DNA of 43,166 nt from NCBI GenBank assembly GCA_035631775.1, contig DASQID010000382.1:1-43166 (forward strand). Reading direction: 5' to 3'. This document shows, one piece after another, positions 19,723 through 27,579 of this stretch. Made by a program: the position numbers and the translations under genes. Position 1 is the first letter of the stretch. Each line of letters begins with the position of its first letter. Under the pieces are notes generated by a model. It searched no databases and was not told where the DNA came from. It saw nothing but the letters and a program-made list of their open reading frames with translations. The stretch is from Acidobacteriota bacterium (GTDB taxonomy: Bacteria > Acidobacteriota > UBA6911).

Positions 19723-20757
19723 ATGCAAGATTCCCGTATCGCCCTCGAGAATTGCTTCCTGCGTGGCCCATTACCGGTGCGAGGGGTCATTTCCAGACCG
19801 CGCCGAGTTCCGGGTCGAATCGGCGAGTTCATCTGTACTGCGCTCTTCCTCCTCCTGCCCGGCGCCTCATTGCTTGCTCAGTCTTCTCGAAACCCGGCCT
19901 CACCCGGAAGCCTGAACTTAGGGGTGCAGGCTCTCTATGCCGGGGAGTATGCAAAGGCAGAGATGATCGCCAGGCAACAGTTACGAGATCATTCGCGCTC
20001 TGTTGACGCCTTGGTCTTGCTCGCGAGGGTACAGATGGCGCAGGGAAAATACCCGCTGGCCTTTGACACTCTTCGGAAGGCTCTCCGGCAATCTCCCGAC
20101 CATGTCGATGCGCTCTATTTTGCAGGCAAACTGGCTTCTGCGCTCTCACAGCTGGAATACCGACAACTAGTGCAATTAGCTCCCAGCTCGAGCCGTGTTC
20201 ATCAATTAATGGGGGATACCTATCAGTCAGATGGTGACCTGGAGAAGGCTCAGGCAGAGTACAGAACCGCACTCTCGCTTCAACCTGATTTGATCGAAGT
20301 GGAGCTGGAATTGGCGGAGACCCTGAGAACTCAAGGTCACTTCGAGGAAGCGCTCAAGCACTATACAGCCATACTGACTCGACTCCCCCGCCATTTTCCC
20401 TCGCTATTCGGGACAGGGCTATGTTTCAAGGGCTTGCAGGAGGTCGACAAGAGCATCAAGTTCTTTGGACTTGCTGCAGGCGCGGATCCTGGGGATGCCC
20501 CGAGCCGATTTGCTTTGGGGGCGGCGCTGATTCAAAAAGGGGAACCGGGCAAGGCGGTTGAGGTACTGAAATCCGCGGTTCGCCTGGATCCTTCCCTGCA
20601 GGGCGCGTATAGCCTGCTCGGCAGGGCTCTGCAGCTGACGGGGCAGCCTGAACAGGCCGCGCTGGCCTTTAAACAAGCCCAGCTCCTCGCAGACCAGCAG
20701 TTGCAGTCGCGCCAGGCGAGAATGAAGAAGGCACTCGATGCCCAAGCCAAGAGGTAG
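19723..20757 (+). CDS. Secreted TPR-repeat protein
   Basis: 344 aa. Hydrophobic signal FICTALFLLLPGASLLAQS. TPR units (KALRQSPDHVDALYFAG, TALSLQPDLIEVELELA, SAVRLDPSLQGAYSLLG). The exact start is uncertain. Confidence 0.8.
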   Translation: MQDSRIALENCFLRGPLPVRGVISRPRRVPGRIGEFICTALFLLLPGASLLAQSSRNPASPGSLNLGVQALYAGEYAKAEMIARQQLRDHSRSVDALVLLARVQMAQGKYPLAFDTLRKALRQSPDHVDALYFAGKLASALSQLEYRQLVQLAPSSSRVHQLMGDTYQSDGDLEKAQAEYRTALSLQPDLIEVELELAETLRTQGHFEEALKHYTAILTRLPRHFPSLFGTGLCFKGLQEVDKSIKFFGLAAGADPGDAPSRFALGAALIQKGEPGKAVEVLKSAVRLDPSLQGAYSLLGRALQLTGQPEQAALAFKQAQLLADQQLQSRQARMKKALDAQAKR

Positions 20758-21673
20758 CGTCGGGACAGGAACCGACGATCAAGTTCAGGATGACCTGCCA
20801 GGCGATCGACGGTCCTCCAAGCGGACCCTGCTCGATCTGAGGAAGAGTTGCTTGTCGCTGATTCTGCCCTTCCTTCTATTGCTCCAGACCGTCTTCGGAC
20901 AGGCCCAAACGCCGGCGTTGACCCCGAAAATGGAGGAGCAATTTGCCCGGGGAATCGAAGCGAGGAAAAACGGGGAGCTGGCAGCCGCGGAAAAGTTGTT
21001 CAAAGCGGTGCTCGATCAGGGGGGCAAGCTACCGTCTGTTTACGGTGCGCTGGGAATTGTTTATCAACTGGAAGGCGCTCACGATCAGGCACTGGATGCC
21101 TTCCTTGCAGCGGGGCGACTGGACCCGAAAGATCCGGTCCTCCATTCTTTGGCCGGTGGGAGTCTTTTGGCATTGGGGAAGTCCCGCGAAGCAGTAAAGG
21201 AGTTCGAACAGGCGGCGCGGCTGCAGCCGGAAACCCCCCTGTTCCACGAGCAGATTGCAGAAGGGTACCTCCGGATGTTGGATTATCCGGCAGCAATCGA
21301 TCAATACAGAAAGCTGCTGGAGCTCAAGCCCCAAAGCGCGGAGTACCATTACCACCTGGGTCATGCTTATCTCGCGTACTCCATCTCCTGCTTTGAGAGG
21401 ATAAGGAGCGTCAATGCCGATTCGGCCAGGCTCTTCCAGCAATTGGGGGACCAGTATCTGGCACAGGGGAGATTGGACAAGGCAATTGAGAATTACGAAA
21501 ATGCAAGGAAGGCTGACCCTGACATCCCCGAAGTTCATTTCATACTAGGGCAGTTCTATCTAAAGCAAGGCTATAAAGAGAAAGCACTGCAGGCGGCAAA
21601 CCAAGCGCTTGCATTGACGCCGGGCAACGCTGCGGCACTAGCGCTGAAGAAGAGCATTTTGGCGGGCAAATAA
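20738..21673 (+). CDS. Secreted TPR-repeat protein
   Basis: 311 aa from ATG 20738, overlapping the previous gene by 20 nt. An alternative TTG at 20852 follows GAGGAAG and gives a clean signal peptide (LSLILPFLLLLQTVFGQAQT). TPR units (AAGRLDPKDPVLH, QAARLQPETPLFH, KLLELKPQSAEYHYHLG, NARKADPDIPEVHFILG). Confidence 0.8.
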   Translation: MPKPRGSVGTGTDDQVQDDLPGDRRSSKRTLLDLRKSCLSLILPFLLLLQTVFGQAQTPALTPKMEEQFARGIEARKNGELAAAEKLFKAVLDQGGKLPSVYGALGIVYQLEGAHDQALDAFLAAGRLDPKDPVLHSLAGGSLLALGKSREAVKEFEQAARLQPETPLFHEQIAEGYLRMLDYPAAIDQYRKLLELKPQSAEYHYHLGHAYLAYSISCFERIRSVNADSARLFQQLGDQYLAQGRLDKAIENYENARKADPDIPEVHFILGQFYLKQGYKEKALQAANQALALTPGNAAALALKKSILAGK

Positions 21674-21751
21674 TAGCCCTAGCTCCGCGGGGCACGTCGC
21701 CCGGCATTCCTAGCATCGGCTTGGCGGATTGGAGAACGCGGAGCACTCCGA

Positions 21752-21885
21752 CTACTTCGTGTTTGCCAGGGCTGGCGCCATGGCTTGAAGGAGGTCCTGC
21801 ACTGAAATGGCCGCCATCTGGCGACACGGCAGCGTCCGGCATCGCTTCCAGGTGCAACGTCCCACGCACCGGGGATCCACGGCAT
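21752..21885 (-). pseudogene. 3'-terminal remnant of a GT9 (heptosyltransferase-like) glycosyltransferase gene
   Basis: The minus-strand frame reads VDPRCVGRCTWKRCRTLPCRQMAAISVQDLLQAMAPALANTK*. The intact GT9 C-terminus at 25681-25815 reads VDPRCVGRCTWKRCRTLPCRQMSAITPADVLHAMERALAKAK*. No upstream GT9 body is present; the remnant abuts the stop codon of the hydrolase fragment. Confidence 0.75.
21815..21880. repeat. 66-bp perfect direct repeat, copy 1 (pairs with 25744-25809)
   Basis: catctggcgacacggcagcgtccggcatcgcttccaggtgcaacgtcccacgcaccggggatccac is identical at both sites. The flanks on the low-coordinate side are still related but clearly diverged. Confidence 0.95.
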
Positions 21886-21901
21886 ACTGGCGTCTCGGAG
21901 T

Positions 21902-22891
21902 TCACGGCTCGGGAATCACCGGCAGCAGTATGTGGCTCGGGTACTTCTCCGAGTGCATGAGCTTCTGCTCGGCTTTCACGAACCGGGTTTCCGTTTCATT
22001 GTTCCCGCCGGTGTTCAGGTTGCGGGAAAAGGTGGGAAAGAGGGCGGAAGCGAGTTCTATCCGCAGGCGGCCCCCCTTCGGAATGGTAATCCCCGTATGC
22101 CAGAGGTCGATGGTGTAGGCGACCACGCGGCCCGGCTTGAGCATCTCAGGCTTGAACGGGGAGTTGCGGTAGCGGGCCCGAACTTTCCCCACGGCCAGCG
22201 TGAAGATCTCGCCGTCAGCCTTTTCCTCGCCTAACGTCACAAACCAATCCGCATCCCTGGCGGACGACGAGGCATAGATGACAGCGGAAACCGGCCCGCA
22301 GACTGTCAACGGGGTGTCGAAGGGTTCCGACAAATACACGAGAATATCGTTCCTTTTGTCCGCCGTTTTCCGATGGAATGCCTTCACGCGCTTCTTCTCC
22401 TCCTCGGCCGAGATCACCTTCTTTTTGCGCTCCTCGGCGCTTAGCGTCGGGTAGAAACCCGGGTCGGGAGTCGGATCGGCCGGGTCGTAAGTGAATGCGT
22501 CGGAGGGAGCGGCGCCGGCAGGCAGGGACCAAACCAGTCGCCCGTCTCCCTTTCCGCTGTTGGCTTTCCCCCCGCTCGTGAGCAGAAGCTTTCGGAACTC
22601 GGTCCTTTCGAGCGGGTAAACGTTGCCAGTCAGCCACTTGTTGCTACCCATGGCGAAGAGACGGACGAGCGGCTCCGCGTCGACCCCGTTCTTGACCCCC
22701 TTCACCCAGAAGTCGAACCACCGGACATACTCGCGCTGGAGGTCCGGGGCGGCGTCTTTGCCGAAGTCTTTCTCTCCCATGCCGCGGACCGCTGTGTCGG
22801 TGTGGCCCCAGGGGCCCATGCTAACACCGACTTGAGGATTACAGGAAGGACGCTGTCCAATCGCAAACAAAGTGCGTAACGGATACCCCAC
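21902..22891 (-). CDS. CocE/NonD-family hydrolase, C-terminal part only (PepX_C-like); likely 5'-truncated gene remnant
   Basis: The 329-aa ORF begins just before the GPWGHTD motif. It continues through RWFDFWVKGVKNG, VRLFAMGSNKW, the PepX_C beta-sandwich and a normal C-terminus (HSEKYPSHILLPVIPEP). The ~300-aa N-terminal alpha/beta-hydrolase domain is absent. Only ~160 bp separate the ORF from the next gene, and that stretch carries stops and frame changes. Confidence 0.75.
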   Translation of the reverse strand: MGYPLRTLFAIGQRPSCNPQVGVSMGPWGHTDTAVRGMGEKDFGKDAAPDLQREYVRWFDFWVKGVKNGVDAEPLVRLFAMGSNKWLTGNVYPLERTEFRKLLLTSGGKANSGKGDGRLVWSLPAGAAPSDAFTYDPADPTPDPGFYPTLSAEERKKKVISAEEEKKRVKAFHRKTADKRNDILVYLSEPFDTPLTVCGPVSAVIYASSSARDADWFVTLGEEKADGEIFTLAVGKVRARYRNSPFKPEMLKPGRVVAYTIDLWHTGITIPKGGRLRIELASALFPTFSRNLNTGGNNETETRFVKAEQKLMHSEKYPSHILLPVIPEP

Positions 22892-23051
22892 CAGACTCCT
22901 TGCGCGTTCCCAAAGTATGATGACGCCGGGAGGTTAGTGGATTTGAGGCAACCTCCCAAAGCATCTCCAAGTGATCGGGGTTTCCGACTATGCGCGTGAT
23001 CGGCATAATGGCGGCGGAACACATTGCGGCTGGGCTGGTCGAGAGCAAAGC

Positions 23052-23534
23052 TCATAGATACGGGAGGCGTTCCAGCAGGGGGGGCGTAGCCTTCCAAATG
23101 TGATCCACGACGGATTGGACGTAGGCTCGGGCGGCACCCATCCTCGACACCCAATCGGGCATCGCCTCGTGCACATCCAGCAGCGGCTCTTCGCGCTGGT
23201 AGCAGACCTGATTGAACAACGGCACGTCGCGGCCAAACTGCTCGAAGATAAACTGCTGATGGTCGATGCCCATTGCGATCGCGACGTCGGCCTCCTCCAG
23301 CATCTCGCGCGAAAGCTTGCGCTGAACGTGCGCGGATGGGTCGGCGCCTTTCTTCCGAAGGAATTCAATCAGGATGGGATTAAGCCGCTGCGGCTTCGCC
23401 TCTGTGCCTGCTGACCCGATGATAAGCCTCGTCTTCGGCCTCAACTGCGCCTTCAGGCAATATTCCGCCGTCACGCTGCGGAAGATATTGCCCGTGCAAA
23501 CAAACAAGATTGATTTCACGGAAATAGGCAACAC
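23052..23534 (-). CDS. Low-molecular-weight protein-tyrosine phosphatase / ArsC-like (LMW-PTP fold)
   Basis: 160 aa. N-terminal P-loop ILFVCTGNIFRS (CX5R-S). The size and the downstream D-containing loop are consistent with the LMW-PTP family. Confidence 0.85.
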   Translation of the reverse strand: MLPISVKSILFVCTGNIFRSVTAEYCLKAQLRPKTRLIIGSAGTEAKPQRLNPILIEFLRKKGADPSAHVQRKLSREMLEEADVAIAMGIDHQQFIFEQFGRDVPLFNQVCYQREEPLLDVHEAMPDWVSRMGAARAYVQSVVDHIWKATPPLLERLPYL

Positions 23535-23544
23535 CTCCCTATTT

Positions 23545-23781
23545 TTAAGGCGCCTCGGCTATCGCATAGATGAAATCTACATGGGAGTGCACCGCGCCAT
23601 CGAGCCCCTGAACTTTGGGGTTTGGTGACTCGCAGCCTTCCTGGCCTCGATTCTCTGCGGCAATGGACGGTTGGCGGATCCAAGTCTGCAGGCGCTTTAC
23701 CGCCTCGTCATGGCGCTTCGCAATCTCGGCGTAAACTGCATCTAGACCCGAGGTCGAATGTGGTCTCGCCAAGGCTGCCAT
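23545..23781 (-). pseudogene. N-terminal stub (~79 codons) of an M20-family metallopeptidase-like gene
   Basis: MAALARPHSTSGLDAVYAEIAKRHDEAVKRLQTWIRQPSIAAENRG... resembles the characteristic N-terminus of M20 dipeptidases (..L..WIRxPSISAxN..). The frame stops 10 bp before the LMW-PTP start, whereas full-length M20 enzymes are several-fold longer. The upstream part of ORF 23545-24081 is AT-rich and looks non-coding. Confidence 0.5.
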
Positions 23782-24266
23782 CGTTTCGCGGACAAAACTA
23801 CCTCCCCCGACAGCTGCTTGTTCTTCTTGGCATGTGTCGAGAATTAATCCTATTTTAGATTCGATACTGTATCTTACAGGTGCATTCGACGATGATAAAA
23901 GCAGTAATCCCCCCTGAAAACGGCATTCTCGGAGTTCACCTACCCATTCGCTGAGAACAACTCTCTCAGGCGCGGAATATTTGCTAGCTCGTGACCTTTG
24001 GACAACGACAAAGAGGTGTCTCTGGATTCGCGTAATCAAAGCGACTTCGTCCGATAAGTCCGATTTATTGCATTCCCACACACCTGTCTAAACATATATA
24101 CAAGGGTTAGTTGAAGCTATCCTGAACGTTGCGGAGTAACTGCCGGCCTATCCTAAGGCCTACGAGAAACCGCCGCGCCAGCCGAATCGCAGATGCTGAA
24201 AAAAATTCGCTCACATGCACAGGCAGGCCGTTAGATATCTTGGTGCGATTTCGAGGAGGTCCCCTC

Positions 24267-25472
24267 ATGACTGAAATCAGATTGAATATTCTTGACGCCG
24301 GCCGGGCAATCTGTGGCGCAATCCACGGCAGCGTGGCAGAAAGTGCGGTGGCGGGGTTATCCGCCGAACCGGAGACCATCGAGGAATTGCAGGACGCTCT
24401 AGCCAGATTCATCAAACCAGTCGACAACGGCCAACCCTTTGAAGCGTTTGACGCCGGCACCAACGACGAGCCGTGGGACGCCGGGATTATGTTCATCGAT
24501 CTGGCTGCGCATATCGTGGCCGCTGAATCGTCCTACTCTATGCCGTCAGCTGAAGGTCAGGTCCGGTACCATGATGGTGTCCAGGCGACCGACGTGTGGT
24601 TGCCGTACTACGCACCCGATGATTGGCTGTTTGTTGATTCTGTTGCTCAATACAAGGCTGTCTGTGAGCAGCGCCGTGCTGAACGCTCCGCCGCTCAGCC
24701 ACTCCGCGCCAGGCCTGTCCTCTATGGCACAGTTGTGGAATTCATCGTCAAACAGTGTCTTGAGGCCCGAGATGCAAAAACAGAAAATCCGATCGCAGAG
24801 ATTCATGCCAAATGGCTCATGACCCCGCGCCCTGATTTGCGCGGGAAGTCCCCGCGAGAGTTGATGTTAGAGAAATTCGACTTTATTGACCTTGACTTGC
24901 ATTCACGCGAGCTGCAGTGGAGCTTCGTCGGCAAGCCTGCGCCGTGCCTGTCGAAGAATTCCGCTGCGTACCGGTTCGCTGGCTTCGGCAGGCATGAAAT
25001 GGTGGTGTACTACGACCTGCTGCGGCACTTGCTCTCGGAATGTTGGAAGCGCCTGAGCGAAGGAAAAGACGTTCCAATAGCCGATGAGGTGGCGCGCCTT
25101 ACGCAAATCAAAGCTGACTGGCTGGAGTGTCCTGATCCGGACTTTGACGGCAGGAACCCCGCCTATATCCTCGAATGCGAGCGCAAGCGACTGCCACTCA
25201 TCGCCTCGCCTGAAGAAATGGTGATGGACGAGGATTGTCCCATGTGCCAGGCGATGGCCGAAGAATACACGCCGACGTTCTGCCACCTGGACGGCTGCAA
25301 TATGGATGACGATTTCCCGTTTTCCTTCTGCCGTACGCGGAGTGAATGGGAAGAGGAAGAGCGTGTCCGAAGGGAGTTTAGCGATGAGTTCAATAGGCGG
25401 TGGGAAGAGCGAGAGAGGAAGAATTTAGAAGAGGAGCCACGACCAATCAATGACGACACAGTGATTCACTAG
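24267..25472 (+). CDS. Hypothetical protein (401 aa) with C-terminal Cys cluster and highly charged tail
   Basis: ORF 24129-25472; the start is ATG 24267 (GAGGAGG 7 nt upstream, MTEIRLNILD). I recognise no family. C-terminal DEDCPMCQAMAEEYTPTFCHLDGC, then the acidic/basic tail SEWEEEERVRREFSDEFNRRWEERERKNLEEE. Confidence 0.75.
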   Translation: MTEIRLNILDAGRAICGAIHGSVAESAVAGLSAEPETIEELQDALARFIKPVDNGQPFEAFDAGTNDEPWDAGIMFIDLAAHIVAAESSYSMPSAEGQVRYHDGVQATDVWLPYYAPDDWLFVDSVAQYKAVCEQRRAERSAAQPLRARPVLYGTVVEFIVKQCLEARDAKTENPIAEIHAKWLMTPRPDLRGKSPRELMLEKFDFIDLDLHSRELQWSFVGKPAPCLSKNSAAYRFAGFGRHEMVVYYDLLRHLLSECWKRLSEGKDVPIADEVARLTQIKADWLECPDPDFDGRNPAYILECERKRLPLIASPEEMVMDEDCPMCQAMAEEYTPTFCHLDGCNMDDDFPFSFCRTRSEWEEEERVRREFSDEFNRRWEERERKNLEEEPRPINDDTVIH

Positions 25473-25680
25473 CATCCCACTGAAGGATCGCAGAGGGATT
25501 TTCGCGCCGCGGGAAAACCGACAGGGCACGCTTCATGAATATTGCCGAAGGCTCCCTTGAGGAAAGTCTGATTCTGGCTCCTCGCTCCTGACTTCAGGCT
25601 TCCGTATCCCGCTGCGTTTTAGTGGGATATCAAGGGCGCAGCCCTTGCCTGGTTCGCCCTCGGGGATCATTCTGATCAGG

Positions 25681-26808
25681 CTACTTCGCTTTTGCCAGGG
25701 CCCGCTCCATCGCGTGAAGGACGTCCGCCGGTGTGATGGCTGACATCTGGCGACACGGCAGCGTCCGGCATCGCTTCCAGGTGCAACGTCCCACGCACCG
25801 GGGATCCACACCCTTCAGGATCTCGGCATGGGGGTATCGGACTGAATGTTCGGAGTAGACGGATCGGAAGAGACCGACGAGGGGGGTACCAAGCGCTCCG
25901 GCAACATGAAACGGTCCGCTGTCCGTGCTGATCACGAGCGCCGCACGCTCCAGCACGGCGGGCAACTCGTGCATTCCGATTTCCGAGCGTCCGTCGACCA
26001 ACCAGGTTTCGGGAGCCATATCGAAGGGAGCTTCCGTCAGGCCTGTGAGCAGGAGTTTCATCCGAAAGCGTTCCCTTACGAGAGGTGCGAGGCTACCCCA
26101 ACGGCTGGCCGGCCACCGCCTGGCCGGCGCGCGTCCAAAAGGATGAATTGCCGCATAGGTTTCATTTGGCGCGATCCCGAGGCGCTGCAGTGACTCGGAA
26201 GCATCCCGTCGAGCGGCATCATCGATCCAGAGCGTCGCCGGGACCTCACGAACCGCGCAGCCCAGGACACGCAGCGAGTTCAGCTTTTCGGCTGGTCCCC
26301 AGGTGTTGGGCGTTCCACAATCGTAGGCATGCGAGAGACATTTGGACAACGGGTGCCCCTGCACGCCGACACGGACCGGTATCCCGGCCCGCGCCAGTTC
26401 CATCGCAAACTGGTCGCCCAGCAGCACGATCGCGACGTCGAAGTTTTCGTGGACCAGCCACTCCCGGAAGGACCTGTTTTCGGCCCTGCGCCTGAGGCTG
26501 AAAGGATCTGCTACCACCAAGTGCAGTCCATCGATCTCAGGACATCCTGAAAGCAGTTCGCAGTTGTGGCGCATCCCGATGACGGTGATCCGTGCCGCAG
26601 GCCAGATGCGGCGCGCTTCGCGGATCACCGGCGTGCACATGACCGTATCTCCGAGCAGGCCCGTGATCACGAGCGCCAGCTTTCCCGGTTCGCCCACGGC
26701 TGATCCACGGGCCGGAGCGGCCGGACTGCCATGGCGGAGAGCGAACAGCATACCAGCCGCATGCAGCCGGATCCTGTGTTGAAGGGCATAGAGTGCTTGT
26801 GTAATCAT
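25681..26808 (-). CDS. Glycosyltransferase family 9 (heptosyltransferase-like)
   Basis: 375 aa. GKLALVITGLLGDTVMCTPVIREARRIWP, IHPFGRA..RRWP, TDSGPFHVAGALGTPLVGLF: typical GT9 / ADP-heptose:LPS heptosyltransferase motifs. Confidence 0.85.
   Translation of the reverse strand: MITQALYALQHRIRLHAAGMLFALRHGSPAAPARGSAVGEPGKLALVITGLLGDTVMCTPVIREARRIWPAARITVIGMRHNCELLSGCPEIDGLHLVVADPFSLRRRAENRSFREWLVHENFDVAIVLLGDQFAMELARAGIPVRVGVQGHPLSKCLSHAYDCGTPNTWGPAEKLNSLRVLGCAVREVPATLWIDDAARRDASESLQRLGIAPNETYAAIHPFGRAPARRWPASRWGSLAPLVRERFRMKLLLTGLTEAPFDMAPETWLVDGRSEIGMHELPAVLERAALVISTDSGPFHVAGALGTPLVGLFRSVYSEHSVRYPHAEILKGVDPRCVGRCTWKRCRTLPCRQMSAITPADVLHAMERALAKAK
25744..25809. repeat. 66-bp perfect direct repeat, copy 2 (inside the 3' end of the GT9 gene)
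   Basis: Identical to 21815-21880. Encodes CVGRCTWKRCRTLPCRQM on the minus strand. Confidence 0.95.
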
Positions 26809-26945
26809 CTATCGGCTTTCCCCGGAGATGATCTCCCGGACCAACAGAGTGACCCTCCGCAGCGATTATCGGGCGTAGCGGCCAGTGTCGTGTCTTTGCC
26901 GTCGCACAAGATTTCACGGTCCACGCCGCAGCTTCCCTAGAGTAG

Positions 26946-27178
26946 TTTCTGTCGCGAAACTCGATGAATCGCCCGTCAGGTCGGGCCCCGGAGGGGCCCA
27001 AGCAACTAGCCGGGGGCGCAAGCCCCCGGATAGGATATTGCATAATATCGCGCCACGGCAGGGGCGAAAGACCTTTGTAATCTATGGGTTATCTGTCGCC
27101 CCTTCAGGGCTCTGATCTTTCTTGACAATCCCAGCTCCGGGGCGCTTTCCGCATGGCCAAGGAGTTTCGCGACAGAAT
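26946..27178 (-). mobile_element. MITE-like family B, copy 2 (233 bp, inverted relative to copy 1)
   Basis: tttctgtcgcgaaact ... agtttcgcgacagaat, flanked by direct repeat CTAGAGTAG (26937-26945 and 27179-27187). Collinear with the reverse complement of 8761-9048 except for ~55 bp of extra hairpin sequence in copy 1. Confidence 0.85.
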
Positions 27179-27579
27179 CTAGAGTAGCCAGGTGCGTCGC
27201 CCTCATACTAGAGCTTCCCTCGAATGGACCAGGCGCGGAATTGCGAGTGTAGTACAATCTCGCCTCATTTCACGCCGTTTTCGGATCAAACGGTCAGCTT
27301 GCGCGACTTGCTCCCGGCGGCCTTGATTTGCGCTGGGCGAGACGATTGTAGCCGGGGCTGCCCCTTGCCGCCAAGAATGAGGACCGTTGCGCCTCACTTT
27401 CGGTTCGAAGCCGGAAGGGGTAACATCCTTCTAGATCGGCTCACCGCTGAAATTTCCGGAGGCCGGGGAGTCACATAATTTCTATCAGGGGCGTACGAGT
27501 GCTGGCCGTTCCCATCCCGCACCCTGGCTGGGCAGGGATACACTCTGAAATACTCGAAACTGTCTCTTGAGGTGCATGG

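Noticed and set aside
23782-24081. Upstream 100 codons of ORF 23545-24081.
   Set aside because: The region is AT-rich with odd composition and looks like the divergent promoter region. Only the distal part (from MAALARP...) resembles a known protein N-terminus.
27359-27422. tRNA-like segment: 7-bp acceptor-like pairing (TGCCCCT/AGGGGTA) and a T-arm-like TTCGG-TTCGAAG-CCGGA.
   Set aside because: It is only 64 nt, with no room for a D-arm. The anticodon-like stem would carry a 9-nt loop, and there is no CCA or discriminator context. It is more likely chance or a degraded relic; tRNAscan-SE would settle it.
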